From an uncultured Spirochaetota bacterium (lineage in GTDB: Bacteria > Spirochaetota > Spirochaetia > SZUA-6 > Fen-1364): DNA of 64,000 nucleotides. The notes under the pieces are model-generated. The model searched no databases and had not been told where the DNA came from. It saw only the letters and a list, made by a program, of their open reading frames with translations. The position numbers and the translations under genes are program-made. The stretch is from NCBI GenBank assembly GCA_963820525.1, contig CAWGAA010000002.1, positions 654,535 through 718,534 on the forward strand, read 5' to 3'. Positions 37,300 through 46,581 of the stretch are shown in pieces; within the stretch, counting starts at the first letter, position 1; every line of letters starts with the position of its first letter.

Positions 37300-38660
37300 T
37301 GCGGGTCGGATTCCACACCTTCGGGTGCAAGCTCAACCAGTACGAGACGGAAGCTTTGGCCGAACCGTTCCAGGAACGCGGCTTCACGGTTGTTCCCGCT
37401 TCCTCGGAAGCGGAGCTGTACCTCATCAATACATGCACCGTTACGACGAGGGCGGATCACAAGGCGCGCGCACTGATCCGCGGCCTCTCGCGCCGCCGGC
37501 CCGGCGCGCTGATTGTCGTCACCGGCTGCGGGGCCGAGCTGGAGGCCGACGAGCTCGCGGCCCTCGGGGCGAACGTCCTGGTGGTCGCTCAAAACAGGAA
37601 GGCTCTGCTCCTCGAGCTGCCCCGCTTGTTGGCGGAGGCCCGGGCCGGCGGCGCCGGGGCGGGAGGGGCCGGCTCCGTGCAGGCGCTCCTCGCCGGCAGC
37701 TTGAGCCGTGCGGCGCGTACGCCGGATCCTTTCGCCTTTCAGGCGCGACGCCTCAGCTTCCATACCCGGGCTTTCCTGAAGATCCAGGACGGCTGCGATT
37801 CACGCTGCTCGTACTGCAGGGTGCCGCTGGCAAGAGGCGCTTCACAGGCCCTCGATGCCGATCTGGTGATCGCCCGCGCGCGAGAGCTTGAAGCGCTGGG
37901 CCATCGCGAAATCGTCATCACGGGAGTGAACATCAGCTCCTACCTCTGCCGCGACGTCGACCTGTCACGACTGGTAAAGAATCTGCTTTCCCAAACGGCA
38001 CGGGTCCGTCTGCGGCTTTCTTCCCTCGAGCCGGAGCGAATAGGGGATGGGCTCTTGGAAGCCGCGGTGCATCCACGGGTCTGCTCGCATTTCCACATCG
38101 CCGTCCAATCCGGCTCCGACACGGTCCTCGCCCGGATGCGCCGACGATACACGAGCATGCGCGTGATGGATGCCGTTTCCCGGCTCCGCGAGGTGAAAGC
38201 CGATCCGTTCATCGCGGCCGACATTCTTGTCGGATTTCCCGGTGAAACGGGGGAGGATTTTGCCGGGACACGGGCGCTGGTGCGACAAGCCGGGTTCTCC
38301 GCGCTTCACGTTTTTCCGTTTTCTCCCCGGCCGGGAACTCCCGCGGCAGATTTTGCGGGTCAGGTCCCCGAGCGGATACGCGCGCAAAGGGCCGCCGAGC
38401 TGGGCGCGCTCTCCCGTGTTCTGGATGGAGAGTACGCCGCCCGTTGGATCGGGCGGGACGTCGAAGTTCTTCTACAAAAGAGGCGGCGGCTTGATTCCGG
38501 TGGACATACGGGAGTAACCTCCAATTACCTGAAAGTCAGGGTGGAAGGGCTTCCTCCCGGCCTCCATGGGGGCAGGATTGCCCGGGCGCGGATCATCTCC
38601 GCCGCCGACACGGGCTCGAAAGTACCAGGGAAAGCGGTTTTCCTCGCTTTTCAGGACTGA
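37299..38660 (+). CDS. mtaB: tRNA t6A37 methylthiotransferase (MiaB-like radical SAM)
   Basis: TFGCKLNQYE, NTCTVT, LKIQDGCDSRCSYC; ATG overlaps the TPR gene stop. Confidence 0.9.
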   Translation: MRVGFHTFGCKLNQYETEALAEPFQERGFTVVPASSEAELYLINTCTVTTRADHKARALIRGLSRRRPGALIVVTGCGAELEADELAALGANVLVVAQNRKALLLELPRLLAEARAGGAGAGGAGSVQALLAGSLSRAARTPDPFAFQARRLSFHTRAFLKIQDGCDSRCSYCRVPLARGASQALDADLVIARARELEALGHREIVITGVNISSYLCRDVDLSRLVKNLLSQTARVRLRLSSLEPERIGDGLLEAAVHPRVCSHFHIAVQSGSDTVLARMRRRYTSMRVMDAVSRLREVKADPFIAADILVGFPGETGEDFAGTRALVRQAGFSALHVFPFSPRPGTPAADFAGQVPERIRAQRAAELGALSRVLDGEYAARWIGRDVEVLLQKRRRLDSGGHTGVTSNYLKVRVEGLPPGLHGGRIARARIISAADTGSKVPGKAVFLAFQD

Positions 38661-38665
38661 GTTTT

Positions 38666-38694
38666 TTGTTTTTCTCGGTGTCACGAGCTATACT
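38666..38694 (+). promoter_or_regulatory. sigma70 promoter of the lipoprotein-barrel pair
   Basis: TTGTTT-17 bp-TATACT. Confidence 0.55.
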
Positions 38695-38746
38695 TTTGGG
38701 CGTTGCATTGGTGTGCATGCGCTTTGAAGGGTAGTGGAGGAATCGT

Positions 38747-39565
38747 ATGGGGAAACTGAAGACTTTCGCGCTGCCTCTCCTGGCGGTTCTCCTGCTCGCC
38801 GGGTGTTCGGGATTCTTCGAGTTCAACATGTTCAAAGGCATGGACACGGTTACTCCGCCGAGCGCCGCGGACTACAAGGGAGACCAGGGGCTGGACAAGC
38901 TCATCGAAGACCTCACCTCTCCAGCCGTCGTGGAAGCCCTGAAAAACGATCCCGAAACCACCGCGGAGATCGAGAAGATGTTGATGGACGACTATCTGAA
39001 GGACGGCGTTTCGGGAGAAGAGGACCAGAAGGCCGCGCTCGCGTATGCCGAGCTCAATCTCGCCACCACGTCGGGCGAAGAACTTGTGAACAACATCGTT
39101 GACACCCTGGCTGACGGCATTCCCACCTCGGGGACGGTCACCGACTTCCTCAAGAAGATCATTCCCCCCGATGTCCAGGGAAACCCCACCGCTTTCGCTG
39201 CGATGCTCAAGGGACTCGTCGATGCGAACAACGCCTATGTGATGTTCGGCGAGAGCATCGTGGACGTGAACGGCAATGGCCAGATCGACAAGGGCGAAGG
39301 GGTGCCTCCCGGAACGAATATGGGGGACGTCGCGCAGAAGGCCATCGTCGCGTACGTCGTGTCCGCTGCGGTCGAGCTGATCTGTTCCACCTACGCGCTG
39401 TCGGAAGATGCCGCCATCGCGCAGCTGTATTATCTTCTCTACGATCCGACGAATCCTGCTCTGGTGATCGAGGATCCTCCAGCTTCGGATCCGTACGTGA
39501 CGCAGCCCCCGTATTTGTTGAACATTTTCGCCGCGGCGGGCCTGCCGTTCACGTCACAGTTTTGA
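38747..39565 (+). CDS. acidic helical lipoprotein of unknown function
   Basis: Lipobox LAGC (Cys20); DVNGNGQID Ca-binding-like loop; SD GGAGG. Confidence 0.75.
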   Translation: MGKLKTFALPLLAVLLLAGCSGFFEFNMFKGMDTVTPPSAADYKGDQGLDKLIEDLTSPAVVEALKNDPETTAEIEKMLMDDYLKDGVSGEEDQKAALAYAELNLATTSGEELVNNIVDTLADGIPTSGTVTDFLKKIIPPDVQGNPTAFAAMLKGLVDANNAYVMFGESIVDVNGNGQIDKGEGVPPGTNMGDVAQKAIVAYVVSAAVELICSTYALSEDAAIAQLYYLLYDPTNPALVIEDPPASDPYVTQPPYLLNIFAAAGLPFTSQF

Positions 39566-39584
39566 GCTGGGGAGGGACATCGAC

Positions 39585-40748
39585 ATGAAGAAGACGGTAC
39601 TTGTTCTGCTTGCAGCTCTCAGCTTCACTGCTCTTGCCTTTGCCGTCGACGAGCCTCCCTTCATGCCGATGGCGCCCGAGATCATGGGAGAGGGCGGAGC
39701 TTTGACCGCCTCCGCGCACGGGTTCGCCTCCTTCTTTACAAACCCCGCGGGCTTCTCCCGATCTCCCGGGGATTTCACCTTCACGGCGACGACGTGGATG
39801 TATGCGCGGCCCGACAAAGTTTATGATCTCATTACCTGCCCGGGAGGAGCCTCCGGCTCTTCGAATCTGCTCAGCTTCATCAACGGAGAGGTCACCAAGG
39901 GAGGATTCGGCCTCGGCGGCTTGACCGGGATCGGGTGGGCCGGGAATGGGATCGGGCTCGGGGCTTTCTTTCTCGTCGACTCCTACCTCTATGGCCCCAC
40001 GCTTCTCGGCATATCGGGGGACCTCACGGGAACCGTGGCCTTGATCGGCGGGTATTCGCTTCCCATCCAGCTCGGCGGCCTGAAGCTGAACATCGGAGGC
40101 GACATCAGGCCCATGATCAGGATTCATACCCTGGTTGACAGCAGTGTTGCCATCAATACGATCTATTCGCTCGCCAACCAGGGCGACATCATGTTCGCTC
40201 TCAATTCGGCGGACGCGCTGCATGGGGCGGGGATAGCCCTGGACCTTGGGGCGATCGCCGAGCTCGGCTGGTTCTCCTTCGGCCTTTCCATCCGTGACGT
40301 GGGGGGGACCCTTTTCAACTACAACGAATCGTCCTTTGGAACGGTGATCAATTCGCTCTCTTCGAGCTTCAGTCTCCCTTCCAACGGCGCCTCGCCATCG
40401 GCCACGTACACCATTCCCATGGACGTGAGCGCGGGCGTGGCTTTCCACCCCGATTTCGGCATCAAATGGCTTGTCGATCCGACCATCCACCTCGATTGTC
40501 AGGATATCGTCGGGGTCATTGTGGATGAGAGGTCTCCATGGACTCTCCTGCACATCGGAGCTGAAGCGCGGCTGTTCACGGTTTTCCAGGTGCAGGTAGG
40601 CCTCAACCAGGGATACCTGACTGCGGGCGGTGGAGTCCACCTCCTGTTCCTCGACGCCTACTTCGCGCTCTTTACCCGGGAGCTGGGGAAGCACCTGGGA
40701 GACAGGCCCAGCTCAGGGGCGAGCTTCGAGTTCGCCGTTCGGTTCTGA
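39585..40748 (+). CDS. outer-membrane beta-barrel (FadL/TraF/PorV-like)
   Basis: Signal peptide, FTNPAG motif, alternating amphipathic strands, C-terminal FEFAVRF beta-signal. Confidence 0.72.
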   Translation: MKKTVLVLLAALSFTALAFAVDEPPFMPMAPEIMGEGGALTASAHGFASFFTNPAGFSRSPGDFTFTATTWMYARPDKVYDLITCPGGASGSSNLLSFINGEVTKGGFGLGGLTGIGWAGNGIGLGAFFLVDSYLYGPTLLGISGDLTGTVALIGGYSLPIQLGGLKLNIGGDIRPMIRIHTLVDSSVAINTIYSLANQGDIMFALNSADALHGAGIALDLGAIAELGWFSFGLSIRDVGGTLFNYNESSFGTVINSLSSSFSLPSNGASPSATYTIPMDVSAGVAFHPDFGIKWLVDPTIHLDCQDIVGVIVDERSPWTLLHIGAEARLFTVFQVQVGLNQGYLTAGGGVHLLFLDAYFALFTRELGKHLGDRPSSGASFEFAVRF

Positions 40749-40830
40749 AAGAGCACGCTGGATCTCGTTCACGCTTCGAAACTCATTGCACATCAGCGGG
40801 CCGCGCGCGGAGTCGGGCCGCCGGCCGAGA

Positions 40831-40860
40831 TTGACAAAGGGACGCTCCAGCGGCTACAGT
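40831..40860 (+). promoter_or_regulatory. promoter of tRNA-Lys
   Basis: TTGACA-18 bp-TACAGT. Confidence 0.6.
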
Positions 40861-40873
40861 AGCCGCGCTCGGA

Positions 40874-40946
40874 GGGCCGCTAGCTCAGGTGGCAGAGCAA
40901 CAGCCTTTTAAGCTGTGGGTCGCCGGTTCGAGTCCGGCGCGGCTCA
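40874..40946 (+). tRNA. tRNA-Lys (anticodon TTT), CCA not encoded
   Basis: Acceptor GGGCCGC/GCGGCTC, D arm GCTC/GAGC, anticodon loop CTTTTAA, T arm GGTTCGAGTCC. Confidence 0.95.
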
Positions 40947-41069
40947 AGATAAATAGAAAAAGTTGGACAATCCTCCTTCCGTGGACCGGCCTCGAGGAAT
41001 TCTCCCCTCGACAAACATCCCGTACACGCTTATCCTTCACTCTTGAAGAAAGTCTTCCGGGGAGGCCTC

Positions 41070-43448
41070 ATGAAAAAACATTCGAGATTCCTGTCGCGCA
41101 TTTTTCTCCGCAGGGCATGGCCGCAGACGACCGGCGAGATCAAGGGGCTCCCGCTTCTGGGAAAGGTCGAGGTCATGCGGGACCGGTGGGGGATCCCCCA
41201 CATCTATGCCGAGAGCATGCACGATCTTCTGCTCGCGCAGGGTTTCGTGCACGCGCAGGACCGGCTGTGGCAGATGGAATCCCTGCGGCGGCTATCAGAG
41301 GGCCGGCTGTCCGAGATCGCCGGCGAGCAGGCGGTCCTTCTCGACTACTTCTCGCGAATGATCGGCATGTCTTCCATGAAGCGACAGATGTTCCAGGCCG
41401 CGACGGAGGAGGAGCACGGGCTGCTCCAGGCCTATGCCGAAGGGGTGAACGCATACCTGGCAGGCAGGGGAAAGGACCTTCCCCTGGAGTTCGGCTCCAT
41501 GGGTATCGTGCCCGAACCGTGGTCCCCCATTGACGACCTGAGCCCCGTGCCCTACCTCGCGTGGTTCCTGCTGTCCTGCGCCTATTCGGAGAGGCTCCTT
41601 GCCCTTGCGCGGGGGAGCTCGCTCAGCCTTAGGGAATGGAACGACATGTTCCCGTGCCACCCCGGCGCCACGCTTCCGGCTGATTCCTACTTCGATACCC
41701 TCGCGCACCTGAGGATGGGCGCGCTGCATCCCGCCACGACCGCTATGCATCTGGGGCTCACCGGCAAGTACACGGCCTCCTCCCGGATGCAAGCGCTCCT
41801 CGCAAGCGCGGGCCCCGGCGCGGGGAGCAACAACTGGACCGTCGCAAAGGGAAGCGACGGCCTACCGCTGCTAGCCAACGATCCCCACCTCGGGGTTTCC
41901 CTGCCCGCGGTCTGGTACTTCTGCCACCTCTGCGTCCCCGGGGTGATAAACGTTGCCGGAACCTCCCTTGCGGGCGTTCCCGGCATCGTTATCGGAAGGA
42001 ACGAGCATGTGGCCTGGGGCCTGACGAACGTCATGCTGGACGCGGTGGACATCCTCGTGCTCAGGGTCGATCCGAAAAGCCCCACGCGATACAGGCGGGC
42101 CGGCCGGGAGCAGGAGATGCGCAGGGAAGAGGTTGTCATCGGGCTGCCGAAAGGGAAGTCGGTGACCCTGCCGCTCTACCGCACGGATCTCGGTCCCGTG
42201 ATCACCTCCGTCACGGAAGGTGTGGAAGCCGTCGCCGCCCTCAAGTGGGTCGGAACGCTCCCTGAGGGGATGCTCAAAGACCGTTCCTTTGGCGGGATCT
42301 ATGGGATGATGAAAGCCCGGAGCGCGGCGGAGGTTCTCGATGCCGGAAAGACATGGCTGTATGTAAGCCAGAATCTTGTCGCGGCGGATGACGGGGGACA
42401 TATCGGCTGGCACACCACCGGGGCTGTGCCGGTGCGAAACGGATACACGGGCAGGCTGCCCGCCGATGGAACCGCCGGGGATGACTGGACCGGGTTCCTT
42501 CCCTACGAATCGCTTCCGAGCCTGATGGATCCGCCGGAAGGCTGGATCGCGACGGCCAACTACCGGCCCCCCGGCCAGGAAAACGGCAGGCCCCTGAGCT
42601 ACTCGTGGTGCCCCCCCTACAGGTACCAGCGCATCGTCAATGCACTGGCCAGGATGCGCTCACCGGGAATAGAAGATTTCCGCCGGCTGCAGATGGACGT
42701 TCATTCCCTGCAGGCGGAGAGGATCCTGCTGAAGCTCCTCGCGTACTCGTTCAGCGATCGCAGGGCGGTCGAGGCGGCGCGAATCCTCGCCGGGTGGGAC
42801 CTCGAGGTCACCGCAGCGAGCCCGGGGGCAGCCGTATACGAGGTCTTTCTCATCCAGCTGGAGAGAGAGCTCCTCGAACGCGCGCTGGGCGATGACCTCG
42901 TGCTCTACTTCAACGCAAAAATGTACGGCATCGAGGATGAGATTCTGGAACGCCCGGATTCCCCGTTCTGGGGCGGCGGAAACCCGGCGGAGAGGCCGTC
43001 ACCGGCACCGAGGATCGAGAAGGCCCTTGTGCGCACCATGGAGTTCTGCGCGGGCCGTATGGGCCCGGATCCGCGGAAGTGGAGCTGGGGCAGGCTTCAT
43101 CGCCATGTATTCCGACACCCGGGCGCCACCAGCCCAATCACCGAGATGCTTCTCAATCCGCGGCCGTGTCCCGCATCCGGAGACGTGAACACGCTCAACG
43201 TCTCGTGGTCCGTGCCGGCCCTGGACTCCTATGACGTCACGACGGTCCCCTCGATGCGGATGATCACCTCCCTGGGAGACCAGGACAGCCTGCGGATTGT
43301 GGGCCCCCTGGGGCAGTCCGGGCAGCCGGGACACGCTCACTATGAGGACCTGAACCCCCTCTGGCTCAAGGGCGAGCAGGTGGCGATCCCCCTGGCCCGG
43401 CCGGCGGTGGAGAAAATGGCGAGGGACACGCTGACGCTCCTTCCGTGA
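41070..43448 (+). CDS. penicillin acylase family Ntn-hydrolase
   Basis: RDRWGIPHIYA, AQDRLWQM, GSNNW (nucleophile Ser), LANDPHL, GQSG; SD GGAGG. Confidence 0.9.
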   Translation: MKKHSRFLSRIFLRRAWPQTTGEIKGLPLLGKVEVMRDRWGIPHIYAESMHDLLLAQGFVHAQDRLWQMESLRRLSEGRLSEIAGEQAVLLDYFSRMIGMSSMKRQMFQAATEEEHGLLQAYAEGVNAYLAGRGKDLPLEFGSMGIVPEPWSPIDDLSPVPYLAWFLLSCAYSERLLALARGSSLSLREWNDMFPCHPGATLPADSYFDTLAHLRMGALHPATTAMHLGLTGKYTASSRMQALLASAGPGAGSNNWTVAKGSDGLPLLANDPHLGVSLPAVWYFCHLCVPGVINVAGTSLAGVPGIVIGRNEHVAWGLTNVMLDAVDILVLRVDPKSPTRYRRAGREQEMRREEVVIGLPKGKSVTLPLYRTDLGPVITSVTEGVEAVAALKWVGTLPEGMLKDRSFGGIYGMMKARSAAEVLDAGKTWLYVSQNLVAADDGGHIGWHTTGAVPVRNGYTGRLPADGTAGDDWTGFLPYESLPSLMDPPEGWIATANYRPPGQENGRPLSYSWCPPYRYQRIVNALARMRSPGIEDFRRLQMDVHSLQAERILLKLLAYSFSDRRAVEAARILAGWDLEVTAASPGAAVYEVFLIQLERELLERALGDDLVLYFNAKMYGIEDEILERPDSPFWGGGNPAERPSPAPRIEKALVRTMEFCAGRMGPDPRKWSWGRLHRHVFRHPGATSPITEMLLNPRPCPASGDVNTLNVSWSVPALDSYDVTTVPSMRMITSLGDQDSLRIVGPLGQSGQPGHAHYEDLNPLWLKGEQVAIPLARPAVEKMARDTLTLLP

Positions 43449-43562
43449 CCGCGCGCGAGAGGCTTGCGGACGACGGAATTCAGCTTTGCGTGTGCGGTAG
43501 CGGTTCGCGCCAGTCAGAAACAGGAGGGACTTATTTGGAGACGGGTCTGCGCGAATGCCTGG

Positions 43563-44711
43563 TTAGAAAATGAACTCCTTTGTCTCGGTTATGTCGCCTA
43601 AAAACCATGTCCCCTTGCTGTCGTTATACCCAGTCCGCGCGTTCACTTTGTAGTACCCCCCTGTGGCAAGGCCACCGAGATTCTTTCTCATTGGTTCCAA
43701 AGGGAAGGCCGCTTCAAGTGACGGGCCTTTCATGGCGTAGTTCCCGTATATCTGGTAGATCATCTCCCAATGTCCGCTGACCATCCTACCTATCTGGATA
43801 CGAAAGCGCGTGACCTGGGGGTTGGTATCAAATCTGACCTCAGGAATAACATGGTTCATTCCATACACCAAATCAAGGCCGTACGAGGAACTAAGACTTG
43901 TGTCAAAATTGTTCGGATGGAAAAAAGAGCTCGGGGTGACATCCATAATGTCTATTCTCATGTACAAGTTCTTTTCATCGACCGCGAGGGAAACCTTGTC
44001 AATCGCCAAGTTCCTTTTTCCGACCCGCCCTGCGTGAGAAAACGCGGGCAAAATACCGTTCCAATCATCGAAGTTGCCATCGATCTTTATTGAGGCTTCC
44101 GGCAGTCGATCTCCGTAGCTGAGCGTATCTTTGATAACGACTGTCGCAGGCGCACCAGCAGAGGGCGCTGCCTGTCCTTCCGCGGCGGCAGCCGGCTGAG
44201 AGGCGCTTTCCTTCGGCTGCTCGACGATCTTCGTGCCGGTTTCCTCTCCCACGAGCATCTTCCCGACGCGCTGCGCGATTTTCAAAGTGACCGAGGCCTT
44301 TCCCTCTTCCTCGTCCGATGCTTGGGAGGTGATTTCTCCCGTCTTTACATCGATCATTTTCGCTGAGATGAAGTAGGTGCCGGTGAGAAGGGAGACGCGT
44401 GCAACCACGACATAGGAGGCGCCAAGCCTTGTTCCAAGCTGCTCGCCGGCTCTGCGTATCTCCGCGTCGCTCACGAGCCCGGACAACTGGAACTCGATTT
44501 CCTTGAGGCTCTGACCGACCGTGGTCCTATCGAGCACGGTAAACTTGCCCGACCTCACCAGCTGCTCGCTGATCTTTTCGGTGATCCCGATGGCGACGTC
44601 CTTGTCCATCTTTTCGGGGAGAATGGTGTCGAGCACGGCTACCTTTGGCAGGGCAGAGAGCATCATGGAGAGGAAACAGCCGAAGGTAATCGCGAGCAAT
44701 TTCGGTTTCAC
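43563..44711 (-). CDS. exported protein: CsgG/HfaB-like N-terminal domain + Ala-rich linker + DOMON/CBM-like C-terminal domain
   Basis: Signal peptide; SGKFTVLDR..L.EI.FQLSG..GA.YVV..ISAKMIDVKTGEI; IKIDGNFDDW; GTG start after AAGGAG. Confidence 0.7.
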   Translation of the reverse strand: MKPKLLAITFGCFLSMMLSALPKVAVLDTILPEKMDKDVAIGITEKISEQLVRSGKFTVLDRTTVGQSLKEIEFQLSGLVSDAEIRRAGEQLGTRLGASYVVVARVSLLTGTYFISAKMIDVKTGEITSQASDEEEGKASVTLKIAQRVGKMLVGEETGTKIVEQPKESASQPAAAAEGQAAPSAGAPATVVIKDTLSYGDRLPEASIKIDGNFDDWNGILPAFSHAGRVGKRNLAIDKVSLAVDEKNLYMRIDIMDVTPSSFFHPNNFDTSLSSSYGLDLVYGMNHVIPEVRFDTNPQVTRFRIQIGRMVSGHWEMIYQIYGNYAMKGPSLEAAFPLEPMRKNLGGLATGGYYKVNARTGYNDSKGTWFLGDITETKEFIF

Positions 44712-44736
44712 TTTATTCTCCTTTATGAGGCTACCG

Positions 44737-44765
44737 ATTATAATCTCCTGTCAGGGCATCTTCAA
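44737..44765 (-). promoter_or_regulatory. sigma70 promoter of the CsgG-like gene
   Basis: TTGAAG-17 bp-TATAAT. Confidence 0.7.
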
Positions 44766-44954
44766 TACAGTCGGCGATACTGCTTGCTTATAGAACAATT
44801 CGTTTCCAGAGAGTGCCCTCTCTTGACAAGGCGGTACACCGCAGGATTATATGGTTTCGACCTCCGTAGCCTCGGGCGCAGCAGTCCGTCGCTGCATAGT
44901 GGATGGCGCAGGAACCTGTCCCGACCGCTCACCAGGAGAGTTGGTTTCGTGCGT

Positions 44955-45026
<72 letters not shown>

Positions 45027-45027
45027 A

Positions 45028-45066
45028 TGGGCTGGAAGCTGAAGATCGTTTCCAGCCCAGTTTTTT
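45028..45066 (+). terminator. intrinsic terminator after tRNA-Glu
   Basis: TGGGCTGGAAGC...GTTTCCAGCCCA followed by GTTTTTT. Confidence 0.8.
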
Positions 45067-45135
45067 AGAGGAGCGCGGTGAAGGCTCACGACGCGGTTTC
45101 CATCCGATCGGCCGGTTCCTCTTTCGAGGGCTCCA

Positions 45136-46581
45136 ATGCCTGAAGGGCTCTCCCTTCCATCCTCCCTCATCGGCTACGCTGTGCACCTTGTCGGGATCAA
45201 GGGCACCGGCATGGCGGCCCTCGCCGAAGTGCTTGCGGCGCGGGGCGCGCGGGTCACCGGCTCTGACACCACTGAAACCTTCTACACCGACGCCATTCTC
45301 CGCCGTCTCGGCATCCCCTTCGCGGAGGGGTTTCGAGAGTCCAACCTCCCCGCAGGCGCCCGGTTGGTAGTGCACTCCGCCGCTTACAGGCAGGACGAGA
45401 ATCCCGAGCTGATCGCCGCTCTCCGCCGGGGCATCCCCACGATCCTCTACCCCGAAGCCCTCGGACTTCTCTCGAAGGCTTCGGATTCCAGCGGCGTGAG
45501 CGGCGTCCACGGCAAATCGACGACAACCGCCCTCTGCGGCGTTCTGCTCAAGGAGTGGAAGCTCCCCGCCACGGTTCTTGTCGGAACCGAGGTCCCCGTT
45601 TTCGGCGGCAGGTCCACCCTCGTTCAGGGCGAAAGGTACCTCGTGGCCGAAACCTGCGAGTACAGGCGGCACTTCCTCCACTTTCATCCCCGGCGGATCG
45701 TCATCACGAGCATCGAGCCGGATCATCTCGACTACTTCCGCGATCTCGATGACATCCTCGACGCATTCCAGAGTTATGCCGAGACCCTTCCGCACGGCGG
45801 GACCGTCGTCTACTGCGCCGACGACCAGGGGGCCAGCGCTGTAGCCGAGCGGATCGCGCGGCGGCGCCCGGACCTTTCCCTGATTCCTTACGGCAGGACG
45901 GCTTCGGGGGACTTCCGCCTGACGAGCATCGAGGTGGGGCAGGGGGCAACGCGGTTCACGCTGGCGGGGTGCAAAAGGGCTTTCAGCCTCAAGGTGCCGG
46001 GTGAGCATACGGCGCTCAATTCAGCGGCAGCCTTCGCCCTCTGCCGGGAGCTGTGGCGGATGGAGAGGGGCGGAGCGGAGCCCGACCTCGACGCGGTGGA
46101 TGCGGCCTTCGCATCGTATACGGGCAGCCGCCGCAGGAGCGAGATCGTTGGGGAAGCGGGAGGGATCCTCTTCCTGGACGACTATGCCCACCATCCCACC
46201 GCCGTGGAAAAGACCCTTTCGGGCTTTCGCTCTTTCTACCCCGGGCGAAGGATCGTCGTGGATTTCATGTCTCACACATATTCGCGCACAAAGGCCCTGC
46301 TGGGCGGCTTTGGCCGGTGTTTCTCCGCGGCGGACGAGGTGATACTGCACAAGATCTATGCCTCGGCGCGTGAAAGCGGCGCCGGAAGCGTGAAGGGCAG
46401 GGACCTCTTCGCCGAGGTTGCGAAGAACCATCCCCGTGTCTCGTACTTCGAAGAGCCGGCCGAGGCTGAGCCGTACCTGAGAAAGGCTCTCGGCGCCGGA
46501 GACATTTTCGTCACCATGGGCGCGGGAGACAACTGGAAGCTGGGCCGCGAGCTGTTGAGGCACTTCGAGGGCACACAATGA
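45136..46581 (+). CDS. murC: UDP-N-acetylmuramate--L-alanine ligase
   Basis: GIKGTGM, GVHGKSTTT, DHLDYF, DDYAHHPT, MGAG. Confidence 0.93.
   Translation: MPEGLSLPSSLIGYAVHLVGIKGTGMAALAEVLAARGARVTGSDTTETFYTDAILRRLGIPFAEGFRESNLPAGARLVVHSAAYRQDENPELIAALRRGIPTILYPEALGLLSKASDSSGVSGVHGKSTTTALCGVLLKEWKLPATVLVGTEVPVFGGRSTLVQGERYLVAETCEYRRHFLHFHPRRIVITSIEPDHLDYFRDLDDILDAFQSYAETLPHGGTVVYCADDQGASAVAERIARRRPDLSLIPYGRTASGDFRLTSIEVGQGATRFTLAGCKRAFSLKVPGEHTALNSAAAFALCRELWRMERGGAEPDLDAVDAAFASYTGSRRRSEIVGEAGGILFLDDYAHHPTAVEKTLSGFRSFYPGRRIVVDFMSHTYSRTKALLGGFGRCFSAADEVILHKIYASARESGAGSVKGRDLFAEVAKNHPRVSYFEEPAEAEPYLRKALGAGDIFVTMGAGDNWKLGRELLRHFEGTQ

Noticed and set aside
39585..40748. Conjugative transfer gene (TraF)
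   Set aside because: No T4SS, relaxase or coupling-protein genes in the window; the similarity is only at barrel-family level.
44858..44943. SRP (4.5S) RNA or 6S RNA
   Set aside because: No CAGG-N-GNRA-AGCA domain IV motif, and about half the length of 6S; kept only as an unidentified structured RNA.
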